Origin: Flavobacteriales bacterium
GTDB lineage: Bacteria > Bacteroidota > Bacteroidia > Flavobacteriales_D > Sanyastnellaceae
Assembly: GCA_047636995.1 (NCBI GenBank)
Contig: JBLIGQ010000012.1
Location: 5,797-69,796 of the forward strand
Direction: 5' to 3'
DNA: 64,000 nt
Each line of letters opens with the position of its first letter. Within the stretch, counting starts at the first letter, position 1. Below are positions 8,853 through 19,198 of the stretch, piece by piece. The position numbers and the translations under genes were made by a program. Below the pieces are notes generated by a model that was not told the origin of the DNA, did no database searches, and saw only the letters and a list, made by a program, of their open reading frames with translations.

Positions 8853-10643
8853 ATGTCAGACAAAAACGATAATGCAATCACTGGTGGCGAATTTTTGATT
8901 CGCGATGTGAAGGCAACAGACATTTTTATTCCAGAGGAGTGGAATGAAGAGCAATTGATGATGAAGCAAACCTGCTTAGATTTTGTGAATCAAGAAATCA
9001 CTCCCAATCTTGAGCGCATAGACAACATGGAAGAAGGATTGATGCCTTCATTGATGGATAAAGCAGGAGAGCTAGGGATGTTAGGCATTTCAGTTCCCGA
9101 GGAATTTGGTGGAATGGGCATGGATTTCAAAACATCAATGCTTTGCACTGAGGCACTTGGAGAAGCGCATTCATTCTCAGTGGCTTATGGAGCACATACG
9201 GGCATTGGAACACTTCCAATTCTGTATTATGGAAACGAAGCACAAAAGAAAGAGTACATAACAAAGCTTGCAACAGGTGAATGGAAAGCTTGTTACTGCC
9301 TGACTGAACCCAGTTCTGGGTCTGATGCAAACAGCGCTAAGACGAAAGCCGAACTCACTGAAGACGGGAAGCACTTTCTCATCAACGGACAAAAAATGTG
9401 GATTACGAATGCTGGTTTTGCAGATGTCTTCACGGTGTTCGCTAAGATTGGTGATGACGAAAACTTGAGTGCATTCATCTTGACGAAAGATATGGAAGGC
9501 ATCACTTTGAACCCTGAAGAAAAGAAAATGGGAATCAAAGGGTCATCAACACGACAGGTGTTTTTAAACAATGTTAAAATCCCAGTTGAGAATCAATTGT
9601 TCGAGCGTCAGAAAGGCTTCAAGATTGCAGTGAACATTTTGAACATTGGTCGCATCAAGCTTGCTGGAGGTGTATTAGGAGGTGCAAAGGCCACGATCAC
9701 AGACACCGTAAAGTTTTCAAATGAACGAAACCAATTTGGACGTCCAATCTCAAAGTACGGAGCCATCCGCGAAAAAATCGCAAGGCAGACAATCAAGGTC
9801 TTTGCTTTAGAGTCAGCTCTATACAGAGCGACACAAAACATTGATGACGCCATTTCTCACCTTGTAGCAGGTGGCATGGAAAAAGGAGAAGCTACTTTAA
9901 AGGGAATTGCTTCATTCGCACCAGAATGTGCAATGCTAAAAGTTTTTGGTTCTGAGGTATTAGATTATGTAGTTGACGAAGGTGTTCAGGTACATGGTGG
10001 AATGGGTTACAGCGCTGAGACACGTGTTGAGCGCGCTTACCGTGATGCTAGAATCAATCGTATTTTCGAAGGAACGAATGAAATCAACCGCATGCTGACG
10101 GTTGATATGATTTTGAAAAAAGCCATGAAAGGTGAGCTGGATTTAATGGGCCCAGCAATGAAAGTGGCAGGTGATCTGATGTCGATCCCTGATTTTGGAG
10201 ATGCCCCAGCAAACATTTTTGAGCAATACCATGCATACATCACCAATTTCAAGAAATCAGTCTTGATGGTAGCTGGAGCTGCGGCACAGAAATTAGCAAT
10301 GACGCTTTCAAAAGAACAAGAAGTATTAATGCGCATTGCAGACATGGTCACTTTAACCTATGTAGCAGAATCAATTTTACTTCGTGCTGAAAAATATGCG
10401 GGTATGAAAGGCGAGGAAGCTGCTTCAGCGCACATCGAAATGATGCAAGCCTTTATGTATGAAGCATCTGAAGACATTGGACGCGCAGGTCGTGAAGCAC
10501 TTCTTTCTTTCGCAGAAGGAGATGAACAACGCATGATGTTGATGGGCATTAAACGATTCACAAAAATGGATCCGGTGAACATCACGGGGCTTCGAAGAGC
10601 GGTTGCCGCAAGAGTAATAGACGCGAATAAGTATCCATTCTAA
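8853..10643 (+). CDS. Long-type acyl-CoA dehydrogenase
   Basis: CLTEPSSGSDA, QVHGGMGY and RIFEGTNEI blocks, plus an extra C-terminal helical domain. It is third in a fadB/fadA/fadE-like operon. Confidence 0.9.
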   Translation: MSDKNDNAITGGEFLIRDVKATDIFIPEEWNEEQLMMKQTCLDFVNQEITPNLERIDNMEEGLMPSLMDKAGELGMLGISVPEEFGGMGMDFKTSMLCTEALGEAHSFSVAYGAHTGIGTLPILYYGNEAQKKEYITKLATGEWKACYCLTEPSSGSDANSAKTKAELTEDGKHFLINGQKMWITNAGFADVFTVFAKIGDDENLSAFILTKDMEGITLNPEEKKMGIKGSSTRQVFLNNVKIPVENQLFERQKGFKIAVNILNIGRIKLAGGVLGGAKATITDTVKFSNERNQFGRPISKYGAIREKIARQTIKVFALESALYRATQNIDDAISHLVAGGMEKGEATLKGIASFAPECAMLKVFGSEVLDYVVDEGVQVHGGMGYSAETRVERAYRDARINRIFEGTNEINRMLTVDMILKKAMKGELDLMGPAMKVAGDLMSIPDFGDAPANIFEQYHAYITNFKKSVLMVAGAAAQKLAMTLSKEQEVLMRIADMVTLTYVAESILLRAEKYAGMKGEEAASAHIEMMQAFMYEASEDIGRAGREALLSFAEGDEQRMMLMGIKRFTKMDPVNITGLRRAVAARVIDANKYPF

Positions 10644-10664
10644 CTCGAATTGATTCAATTATAG

Positions 10665-10701
10665 AAAAAAGGAGGCCCTAACGGAGTCTCCTTTTTTTTT
10701 T
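10665..10701 (+). terminator. Putative intrinsic terminator of the beta-oxidation operon
   Basis: A-run, then a weak hairpin aggag...ctcct, followed by a run of 10-11 T. Confidence 0.5.
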
Positions 10702-11341
10702 GCTTGATTATGCGCAAAGGGTGTAAGTCCTTTCCATTTGAGTGGCTGTAACTCTGAAATATTTTAGTGAGGAACTACTCCAGTTACAAATTACATGGTT
10801 ACTTCTACAAATTTGTTGTTCGATCTGCCTGCGCTAAAGTTTCGTTGGATAAGGAGGTGTTGGATTTGTAACGAGGTATACGTCCGAGCATAAACGCAGA
10901 AGGAACATTAGGGATCGGGCTAGTCTTATTTCAATACACTGGTTAGGCTTGAGAACGAAACTTAATCGAAGCTACGCTTTGCAACATGTCTAAAAAGGGA
11001 AACGAACATGAAAGAATTCCGAGGCTTCTTAAGATAGATCCTAGTTAGAGAGCTTCGGCTTTGGATAAGAGATTTTACGTGGATGCCTGGGATTATGATG
11101 CAAGAACAAAATTCATTTTAATTTTTGAAATGTGATTAAAGTTGTACTGACCTAAATGGGAATACCTATTTAAAACCGCGTCCCTGTTGAGTAAAAGCAA
11201 AGCTAACTTCGAATCTAAATTGAAGGCAATGAGCTCATGATAGTCTGAAAACACACCCGTGTAATCATCAATAAAAGGTAGCAAACTATTTCGCATTCGC
11301 GCTAGCTAACCAAGAATCACATGCTCTATAACGCACGCCCT

Positions 11342-12505
11342 ATGAAACACCTTACCTTTCTCATCCTTAGTGTTTTATTATTTCAAATGACACAATTACG
11401 CAACTCCAAGATGCCAACTGGTACTTTGGATCAGGAAACGCGATTGAATTTCTTGATGGAGGTGTTACCCTTTACGAGAGTGCCATTGACACACCAATTG
11501 ACAGGACACCCTCTAGCATTAGCAAGCCTTTAGGTGAATTGCTTTATTATGCAGATGTAGATTTCATCTATGCTGCAGATAACTCAACAATGCCCAATGC
11601 TGCATTTGACCAACCGGCTGCAGCCTCTTTATTCATACCACGACCAGAAAACCTTGACCAGCACTACTTCATTCGCAGCTTGGGATTGAATGGCCTAGAT
11701 TATTCTGTTGTAGACGTTAACCTGAATGACGGAATGGGTGATGTTGTGGAAGAAGAGAAAGCGCTTCCATTATTTGATCTTGGTGGTGAATTGATGGCGG
11801 TACCAAAGGCGCTTGGATTTGGCTATTGGTTGATTACTGCAGACAACAACAATGGAACTGGCACAGCCTTTATTCGTGTATTCGACGTAAATGAAACCGA
11901 CATTTTTCTTCATTCAGAATTTAGTGTTGAATGGCCTCTGTTGTTCTTTCAAAACGAAATGGACGACGCCTGCATATCTCCTGACTGCACTAAAATTGCT
12001 TGTTCTTACAAAGGACACCTCATTGGCTTGTGTGAGTTTGATAGTGAAATTGGCGAAGTGACTTCCGCTTCAGGAGGGGGCTGTTGATACAGAAAATGGT
12101 TTCTTTAATGTAACAGAGCTTACTTTTTCACCAAAGAACGACTACCTCTATACCATTGGTGATTACACTCAAATTCAACAATTTGAGGTCTACATTAATC
12201 CTGAAGCGATCACCATGCCCAATGTATTCACACCGAATGCAGATTCTAAGAACATTCGTTTTATCCCAATGATTTCTGATGACACGTTGGATCCCTGTAA
12301 CATCCCTAATTTGGAAGTTGACATGCGTGTTTACAATCGCTGGGGCGGTCTTGTTTCTCCTAATGGTTGCTTCTGGGATGGCAGAACGGAGGCTGGTGAT
12401 GATGCCGCAGACGGAACCTACTACTTCGTGATTGATCTCGTATCAAAGTGTTACAATCAAGAAGCAACACGAAACATCCATGGAAGTCTAACGCTTGCTC
12501 GTTAG
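11342..12505 (+). pseudogene. T9SS type-B (gliding-motility-associated C-terminal domain) cargo gene broken by two frameshifts
   Basis: Three ORF-track pieces (11321-11533, 11539-12087, 12215-12505) read as one gene in three frames. The signal peptide MKHLTFLILSVLLFQ is followed, one frame over (open from 11371), by ITQLQDANWYFGSGNAIEFLDGG...LLYYADV. The second shift is at the G5 run 12076-12080. After it, AVDTENGFFNVTELTFSPKNDYLYTIG...INPEAIT runs into MPNVFTPNADSKNIRF...NRWGGLV...WDGR...DGTYYFVI...HGSLTLAR, which is the type-B sorting domain. Confidence 0.75.
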
Positions 12506-13527
12506 ATTCCTTTCATGCGATTCCAGATCATACTGATCATTCTTTCTCCTTCATCTGCGCCAATGTCTGGCGGCGGAATGGCTGTGAAAGTTATGTTTCC
12601 TGTTGTATCCTGGTTTAAATAATGGCCGAAAACAAATCCTTCTTCCCCTCCATCTAGAGAAACAGGCTCTCCAAACCGTAGGTCTTTCAGCAGCACGTCA
12701 TCACCTCTCTTTTCAACAGAATAGAACCCTTGAGTAAGGAAAAGCATTTGATCTAAATTCTCATTCGGTCGAAATGAATTCAGCAATTTATCATTTCGCT
12801 GAACATAATCGAACTTAATCTCCTCAGCTGGCAAGTCATCCAAGATAGAATAGTATGCAAAATAATAGCCGTCACCACTTTTAGCCGTGATACCCCAAAG
12901 AATGCTGTTCAATGGAGTTGGTCTAGTCTCGTAGTGTTCTATATCAATTCCCTGCGCTTCGAAAGCAGTTTGAGCTGCACTATTCACTATTGATTTGTGC
13001 ACGCATGTGAGTGCCAAGTAACCTGTAGAAAGTGCTATACCAAACCAATTCAAAAATTGCCTTTTATTATTCGTTCTTTTGAAAAACATGACGGCAATTA
13101 CAATGATTAAGAACGGAACTGTGTAAAGCGGGTCAGCCACAAATACAGTATGCCAGGCAACTCTATGTTGGAAAGGCCAAAAGAGCTGCGTTCCCCATGT
13201 GGTAAAACAATCAAGAATGGCATGAGTAAAGAAGGCTAGAAACATGGCCCATGTCCACTGCCTGGCTGTACCCCATTTTCCTTTATAAATCTTATTGATA
13301 AGCCAGCCCAATATTGGGGCGAATAGCACAAAGAAGATAAGACTATGTGAAAGCCCTCTGTGCAGGTCCATTTTTTGTAAATCGGTCATCCAAGGACCGA
13401 ATGCTACATCCAAATCTGGAATGGTACCCCCAATGGCACCCCACAATATAGCTCTGTTCCCTACTTTTCTCCCCATAACTGCCTCAACAGTGGCAGCACC
13501 CAATACAAGTTGTGACAATGAATCCAT
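12502..13527 (-). CDS. Membrane-bound metal-dependent hydrolase (YbcI/YdjM, DUF457 family)
   Basis: MDSLSQLVLGAA...GGTIPDLDV...HRGLSHSL...FFTHAILDCFT: a His/Asp-rich polytopic N-half typical of DUF457. Start at the internal ATG 13527. Confidence 0.75.
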   Translation of the reverse strand: MDSLSQLVLGAATVEAVMGRKVGNRAILWGAIGGTIPDLDVAFGPWMTDLQKMDLHRGLSHSLIFFVLFAPILGWLINKIYKGKWGTARQWTWAMFLAFFTHAILDCFTTWGTQLFWPFQHRVAWHTVFVADPLYTVPFLIIVIAVMFFKRTNNKRQFLNWFGIALSTGYLALTCVHKSIVNSAAQTAFEAQGIDIEHYETRPTPLNSILWGITAKSGDGYYFAYYSILDDLPAEEIKFDYVQRNDKLLNSFRPNENLDQMLFLTQGFYSVEKRGDDVLLKDLRFGEPVSLDGGEEGFVFGHYLNQDTTGNITFTAIPPPDIGADEGERMISMIWNRMKGI

Positions 13528-13660
13528 GGTAGCAAAACTAAGCAAAGAAGAAAAGGTTCACTGCTATAAATTATTCAAACGTAGAAAAAGGAAATTGAAA
13601 GGAAGGTTAAAGAGGTTGAACCGAACTTTATTCCTTCTTACCTTCGTAAAAAACCATTCA

Positions 13661-14749
13661 ATGGCGAAGAAGAATATTATCACAAAGAAGTCAATGGACT
13701 TTATGGAAAAATACTTGAACAACGCATCTCCTACTGGGTTTGAAAGCGCTGGTCAAAAAATGTGGCTCGACTATATTAAACCTTATGTTGATGATTATTG
13801 GGTAGATACTTATGGAACAGCCGTTGCTATTATCAATCCAGAGGCAAAATACAAAGTTGTAATTGAAGCTCACGCAGACGAAATTGCTTGGTTTGTGAAT
13901 TACATCACCGCAGAAGGATTTATTTACCTCATCCGAAATGGCGGATCTGATCATCAAATTGCTCCATCAAAACGAGTCAACATTCATACAGATAAGGGGC
14001 TTGTTAAGGCGGTCTTTGGTTGGCCTGCGATCCATACGCGTTCAGGAGGAAAGGAAGAAGCCCCAACGTTAAAGAACATTTTTCTTGACTGTGGTTGCAA
14101 GACAAAAGCAGAAGTTGAGGAACTCGGTGTTCATGTTGGTTGCGTTGTGACCTTTGAAGATGAGTTCATGGTTTTGAACAAAGACAATTTTGTTGGTCGC
14201 GCATTAGATAACCGCATGGGCGGCTTCATGATTGCCGAAGTAGCTCGCCTGCTGAAGGAAGAAAAAGTAAAGCTTCCATTCGGATTGTACATCACCAATT
14301 CTGTTCAAGAAGAGATTGGATTGCGAGGAGCACAAATGATTGCTGAGCGGATTCAGCCAGACGTGGCTCTTGTTACAGATGTAACGCACGACACTCAGAC
14401 GCCGATGATCAATAAGATTGTTGAAGGAGATGTAGCGTGTGGTAAAGGACCTGTTTTAACATATGGTCCGGCAGTTCAGAATAATTTACTCAAGCTTGTT
14501 ATAGACGCGGCAAATGCAGAGAAAATTCCATTCCAAAGAGCTGCTGCTTCGCGAAGCACCGGCACAGACACTGACGCTTTTGCATACAGCAATAAAGGCG
14601 TAGCCAGTGCATTGATCTCACTTCCTTTGAGGTACATGCACACTACAGTTGAAACTGTACATAGAGATGATGTTGAGAATGTAATTAGATTGATTCTAGC
14701 TAGCTTAAAATCTCTGGAATCCGGTCAGGATTTTCGCTATTTGAAGTAA
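13661..14749 (+). CDS. M42 family metallopeptidase (glutamyl aminopeptidase / CelM-like)
   Basis: From MAKKNIITKKSMDFMEKYLNNASPTGFE. Blocks VIEAHADEIAWFV, GRALDNRMG, VQEEIGLRGA and YMHT. The track ORF start at 13295 is an antisense extension across the neighbouring gene. Confidence 0.85.
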   Translation: MAKKNIITKKSMDFMEKYLNNASPTGFESAGQKMWLDYIKPYVDDYWVDTYGTAVAIINPEAKYKVVIEAHADEIAWFVNYITAEGFIYLIRNGGSDHQIAPSKRVNIHTDKGLVKAVFGWPAIHTRSGGKEEAPTLKNIFLDCGCKTKAEVEELGVHVGCVVTFEDEFMVLNKDNFVGRALDNRMGGFMIAEVARLLKEEKVKLPFGLYITNSVQEEIGLRGAQMIAERIQPDVALVTDVTHDTQTPMINKIVEGDVACGKGPVLTYGPAVQNNLLKLVIDAANAEKIPFQRAAASRSTGTDTDAFAYSNKGVASALISLPLRYMHTTVETVHRDDVENVIRLILASLKSLESGQDFRYLK

Positions 14750-14785
14750 GAACAACTTCAAAGTGTTCGTTCAAAGAAGAGATTT

Positions 14786-14820
14786 AAATGTCCACTTTCT
14801 ATTTTGGAGGGTGGACATTT
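14786..14820. terminator. Bidirectional hairpin terminator
   Basis: Perfect 10-bp stem aaatgtccac / gtggacattt with a 15-nt loop, lying between convergent gene ends (14749 and 14824). Confidence 0.7.
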
Positions 14821-14823
14821 TAA

Positions 14824-15222
14824 TTATTCACTTACAAGCCGTTTTAGGAGATAGACGTCCAGCGGTTTTTCAAGCACCTTGATTATTTCTTCATTTTCCT
14901 CGGCCTTCTTTATGTCGTTCCGATCAATACTTGAAGATAGCATGAACACTTTGCATTGCTGACGAATTTCGATAGACAGATCCATAAACTTCTCGAAGAT
15001 TTCAAATCCGTTGTAGACCGGCATTTGGATATCAAGGAGAATTACATTCTGGTATTGATTCAATTCTTCCACATTAGAAGAGATGTAATTCAAGGCATCT
15101 GTTCCATTGGAGAAAGAGCGAATACGAGAAGTAAGGTTTGCTAGCTTGAGTAACTTAGTATTGACGACAATGTCAATGTCATTGTCATCAATCAAAAATA
15201 TATTTAGTTCTTTCTGGTTCAT
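14824..15222 (-). CDS. Single-domain response regulator (CheY-like receiver)
   Basis: LIDDNDID, LLDIQMPVYNGFE, MLSSS and EKPL: all canonical phospho-acceptor positions are present. There is no output domain. Confidence 0.9.
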   Translation of the reverse strand: MNQKELNIFLIDDNDIDIVVNTKLLKLANLTSRIRSFSNGTDALNYISSNVEELNQYQNVILLDIQMPVYNGFEIFEKFMDLSIEIRQQCKVFMLSSSIDRNDIKKAEENEEIIKVLEKPLDVYLLKRLVSE

Positions 15223-16307
15223 TTTCTATTGGGTAATACGACTTCAAAATAGGCACCTTCTCTAATTTCAGAAGCTAAGGATATTTTCCCTCCCATTTTC
15301 TCAACAGCCTCTTTTACAATAAATAGTCCAATTCCTGAACCAAGACTTTGCTCCGAGGAGCGGTAGAACATATCAAATACTCGAATTTGATCTTCTCTAG
15401 TGATTCCTAATCCGTTGTCTTTAACAGACAATACTAGTTCCTTTTCTGACGCCTTGACTGTAATTTGGACCAAAGATTCCTCTTTTGACTGATCTCTGTA
15501 TTTGACTGAGTTGGAAATTAAGTTATTCAAAATCATTTTCAGCCTCATTTCATCGAGCATGATTTCCCCCTCTTGGGTCACATCTTTGATGAATCGCACA
15601 TTGTCTGCACCTTCATAGAACCTAAAATGCTCAAAAATCTCATCAATTAGGTTTGCGCATTTTATAGATGTCAGGATTTCTCCTGTCTTGAGATTTTGGT
15701 AGTAGCTAATGATATTTTGAACAAAGCCATCAAGTTGGTTCACCGTTCTTTCTATCATTCCAAAGTACTCGCCTGAGACACCATCAATATTTTCCATTCG
15801 CGCTAATTTAAGCACGCCCAAAATGGATGCTAATGGGGCTCGAAGATCATGGCTAGCGCTGTAAACAAACTTTTCCAATTCATTGTATGCCTTTTGGATT
15901 TCTTCATTCTGCTCACGAAGACGAACCCGATTATTGTAGAGTTCGTAGGCATTATCAATGGTGATTTTCAAGTCTGTTTCATTCCAAGGTTTAGCTACAT
16001 AACGGAATACTTGACCCTTATTGATCGCATCTATCACAGCCTCAATATCAGCATAACCGGTGAGTAGTATCCGAACTGGGTCAGGAAAATCTGGAATAAT
16101 CAGTTCAAAAAACTCAACACCGCTTAAGTTGGGCATCTTTTGATCAGATATAACAACGTGAATTGTGTTCTCTGACAAAATCTGCACAGCCTCGTTTGCG
16201 CTAGAAGTAGTAAAGATTTGATAATCTCTTCTATAAGCGGCTTTGAATGACGTGAGGTTGTGCTCTTCGTCATCTAGGTATAAGATAGTAATCTTATCGT
16301 TTGACAT
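15219..16307 (-). CDS. Hybrid receiver-histidine kinase (N-terminal REC + HisKA + HATPase)
   Basis: REC motifs LDDEEHN, VISDQKMP, LLTGYAD and AKPW. H-box SASHDLRAPL, N-box LNNLISNSVKY, G1 DNGLGI, G2 GSGIGLFIV. Confidence 0.9.
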   Translation of the reverse strand: MSNDKITILYLDDEEHNLTSFKAAYRRDYQIFTTSSANEAVQILSENTIHVVISDQKMPNLSGVEFFELIIPDFPDPVRILLTGYADIEAVIDAINKGQVFRYVAKPWNETDLKITIDNAYELYNNRVRLREQNEEIQKAYNELEKFVYSASHDLRAPLASILGVLKLARMENIDGVSGEYFGMIERTVNQLDGFVQNIISYYQNLKTGEILTSIKCANLIDEIFEHFRFYEGADNVRFIKDVTQEGEIMLDEMRLKMILNNLISNSVKYRDQSKEESLVQITVKASEKELVLSVKDNGLGITREDQIRVFDMFYRSSEQSLGSGIGLFIVKEAVEKMGGKISLASEIREGAYFEVVLPNRK

Positions 16308-16319
16308 GAGGTAAGCGAA

Positions 16320-18455
16320 TTACGGCACTTTAGGTAAAGTTATAATAAATTCAGTTCCCAAATTAGGCTCGGTTTCCACAACTATTTTACCATTGTGGTG
16401 ATTGACAATTCCAAGCACAATGCTTAGTCCTAACCCGGTCCCCTCTCCCACGTCTTTCGTAGTAAAAAAGGGATCAAATATTTTAGATTTGACTTCCGGA
16501 TTCATTCCTCCTCCGTTGTCTTTAATTCGTATTTCAATTTTATCATTGACCTCAGTGGTCTTCACTGCAACCAATCGTTCTTTTAATGGCTTACCAGAGT
16601 TTTCAGTCGCATGCACGGCATTGGCTATGATGTTCATAAAAACCTGATTCAACTTCCCAGGATAACATTGTATTTTAGGCAGGTTCACATCGAATTCTTC
16701 CTTCACATTTGTTGCACCTCTAATGGTTGTTTTCAGAATGATTAAAGTTGATCTCAGACATTCATTAATGTCCGCTTTCTTCAAGTCATCCTCGTCTAGA
16801 CGTGAAAAAATCCTGAGTCCTTTCACAATTTCAGCTGTGCGCTGGGCACCATCTTCGATCCCCTTCATCAATAGATCAATTTCCGTTTTAAGGAAACCGA
16901 GTTCAAGCTCTTGACTTAAGGCTCTTGCTTGGTTGATTTTTTCAGTAGCCTGTTCACTCCCAGGTTCAGCAGATTCATAACAAGCAAGGATAGCCAATAG
17001 ATCATCTAAATCCCTCCTTAATGGCTTAATATTCGATGAAACGAAATTGATTGGATTATTCAATTCATGTGCGATTCCGGCAGTCATTTGACCTAACGAA
17101 GCCATCTTTTCAGCGTCGACCAATTGGGCCTGAGCAGAGCGCAATTCATCAAGGGTTATGTTAAGATCAGCATTTGATGTCTCCAGGGCATTTGTTCTTT
17201 CGTTCACCTTCACTTCAAGCAAAACATTTTGCTGTGTGATGATACGCTCATTTTCTTTCAATGCCTTCAGCTTTTGTAGCTGTTCTTTTTCTTTCTCTCT
17301 TTTCAGTTGATTGATTCGATCAGCCAATGCGAAGGAAAGCAACACTACTTCCAAGGCTGAACCAACGGGCAAAGCATATTTAGCAATGATATTGTTTGGG
17401 AAAACACCAACATCTCTGAGCACGAAAATAGTTACCCCAATCAAGAAGATTACAAATGCGATAAGGAAGAACAAAGCAGGCTTAAAGCCTTTTTGATAGC
17501 TTCTAATACCTGCGAACACCAATAGCAATGAAGCAACAGCGCAGAAGTTAATTAAATTGTAACTGAGTGTAAAATTGCCAATGGTAGCCAAGATAAAAGC
17601 CCCTAGGTAAACTATTAGATAGCCGTGCAGAATGTTATGAATTATTGGAGTAAACTGTTTGGTTCTTAGATAATGTTGAGCAAAAAGCACCGTCATAACA
17701 CCTGACAACACTCCTGAATAATGGGCAGACCTTAAACCTAACCAATTATTTTCTGGCCAAAAATACTGATTCCCGTATCCATTTAGAATGAGTTGAGTAA
17801 TCCCAACAAAGAAGATGAACAACACATAATACAGGTAATTATTATCTCGTACACTGAACCAAAGAAATAAGTTGTAGAGGAACATCACTAGGATAATCCC
17901 TGAATAAACCCCGAAGAAGATGTTCTTATTGTTCTGTTCAAAAATGACTGTATCCTCGTTTTCAATTCGAATGGGCACCATCAGCTGCTTCCCACTAACT
18001 AACCTCAAATAGACTATTGACTCATTTGAAGGCTGAAGTCTGAATACAAAATTGGGCACCTTAAATTGCCTTTGAGCAAAAGGAAATGCCTCGCCTTGTA
18101 TGTCTTCAATTCGAATACCCTCTGGTAACACTTGGTAAAAGAAGATGCTATCAATATTCGGATTTTGTAATTCAAGGACGGTCTCTTGGGTGGTTCTAGC
18201 AAGCTCAAATTTAATCCAATGAGCATTATCAGACACACCCAGGTTGGGGATTGAGCCTTCTACGGTCTTAAACGTTTCTTTTTGAACATCTTCGAACGAG
18301 AGGGCAGATGTAGAATCAGTAAATACGAGGATTTCTTGGGGCGGGCCGTTTGAGTTCGCGCTCGCGTTCGCGAAGGATAAAAACGAAACGAACAGGAGTA
18401 CTATAAATTTAACTCCGAGTTCAAAACACTGAATAAAGGATGTCGGTTTTCTCAT
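16320..18455 (-). CDS. 7TMR-DISM family sensor histidine kinase
   Basis: Signal peptide. Periplasmic 7TMR-DISMED2-like part (AHWIKFEL, LELQNPNIDSIFFYQV), about seven TM helices and a coiled coil. H-box GIAHELNNPINF, N-box MNIIANAVHA, G1 DNGGGM, G2 GTGLGLSI. Confidence 0.88.
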   Translation of the reverse strand: MRKPTSFIQCFELGVKFIVLLFVSFLSFANASANSNGPPQEILVFTDSTSALSFEDVQKETFKTVEGSIPNLGVSDNAHWIKFELARTTQETVLELQNPNIDSIFFYQVLPEGIRIEDIQGEAFPFAQRQFKVPNFVFRLQPSNESIVYLRLVSGKQLMVPIRIENEDTVIFEQNNKNIFFGVYSGIILVMFLYNLFLWFSVRDNNYLYYVLFIFFVGITQLILNGYGNQYFWPENNWLGLRSAHYSGVLSGVMTVLFAQHYLRTKQFTPIIHNILHGYLIVYLGAFILATIGNFTLSYNLINFCAVASLLLVFAGIRSYQKGFKPALFFLIAFVIFLIGVTIFVLRDVGVFPNNIIAKYALPVGSALEVVLLSFALADRINQLKREKEKEQLQKLKALKENERIITQQNVLLEVKVNERTNALETSNADLNITLDELRSAQAQLVDAEKMASLGQMTAGIAHELNNPINFVSSNIKPLRRDLDDLLAILACYESAEPGSEQATEKINQARALSQELELGFLKTEIDLLMKGIEDGAQRTAEIVKGLRIFSRLDEDDLKKADINECLRSTLIILKTTIRGATNVKEEFDVNLPKIQCYPGKLNQVFMNIIANAVHATENSGKPLKERLVAVKTTEVNDKIEIRIKDNGGGMNPEVKSKIFDPFFTTKDVGEGTGLGLSIVLGIVNHHNGKIVVETEPNLGTEFIITLPKVP

Positions 18456-19198
18456 TGTTTCACAAGAAGGTCATAATGGAGACTAATCTCGCCTTTAGGG
18501 CCAGACGAAACTCCCACCTTCTTGGGATTCTTACGCAACTCTTCAACTTCGGTTCTAAAATCAGGGTCCATATTATCAACATTCCCTACCGAAATGTAAT
18601 GCGCTACAGTGGCAATAAGCTTCTCAGTTGGATATGGAAAGCCTCCATTGTGGCCAATTTCAGTGATGGTTGTAAAGCCAAACCCCTTCATCCAACGTCG
18701 CGTAGGAGGAGAAGACAGCGCTAAAAGGTGAGTAATATTTAAGGTTTCGCACATACTTATTGCACAGCGAATAACAAGTTTACTTCCGATACCAAAACCG
18801 GCTACCTCCACTGAATTCCATAGTGCGCAAAGCTCAGCACATCCTTGAGGAATCATTTCTTCCACCACACTAGAAACGCGATCATCGAACTTCATAATTG
18901 CATTCTCTAATGGTAGTTTCTCTCCAATTTGGCGAACGTGAATTCTAGCTCCTCCATAGATTTTATGTCCGCTTGGGGAAGTCACTAGGATAACATATAC
19001 ATCCTTGGATTCAATCCATGTGTCACTCGAAGATGCCAGTTTTTTGAACCCATGATTTGCAAGCACAGCAAGGTGACCATCAACGAAACGTTGACTTGAA
19101 TTTACATCATCGCAAGCTCTAAACGCACGAATATGCACTTTCGAAATCTTGGCTGAATGTCCAGCTTTTATTTGACTACTAGTCCATGAAGAACTCAT
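18452..19198 (-). CDS. GNAT-fold (acyl-CoA N-acyltransferase / N-acyl amino acid synthase-like) protein, function unknown
   Basis: 248 aa. The segments KIYGGARIHV..LPLE and AELCALWNSVEVAGFGIGSKLVIRCAISMCE..LLALSSPPTRRWMKGFGF resemble a GNAT core with a V.G.G.GS pyrophosphate-loop-like motif. The fold was assigned by eye only. It overlaps the upstream gene by 20 nt and the downstream kinase by 4 nt. Confidence 0.5.
   Translation of the reverse strand: MSSSWTSSQIKAGHSAKISKVHIRAFRACDDVNSSQRFVDGHLAVLANHGFKKLASSSDTWIESKDVYVILVTSPSGHKIYGGARIHVRQIGEKLPLENAIMKFDDRVSSVVEEMIPQGCAELCALWNSVEVAGFGIGSKLVIRCAISMCETLNITHLLALSSPPTRRWMKGFGFTTITEIGHNGGFPYPTEKLIATVAHYISVGNVDNMDPDFRTEVEELRKNPKKVGVSSGPKGEISLHYDLLVKQ

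Noticed and set aside
10702-11320. tmRNA, RNase P RNA, SRP RNA or a group II intron fragment might lie in the ORF-free tract.
   Set aside because: The tRNA-like 3' end (ggttcaa.tccc..cca), the gaggaaagtccgg P4 element, the SRP hairpin motif and a domain-V-like hairpin are all absent on both strands.
13295-13660. The ORF track gives a 484-aa ORF starting at 13295.
   Set aside because: The first ~120 codons run antisense through the DUF457 hydrolase gene and have no peptidase similarity. The M42 homology and a sensible N-terminus begin at ATG 13661.
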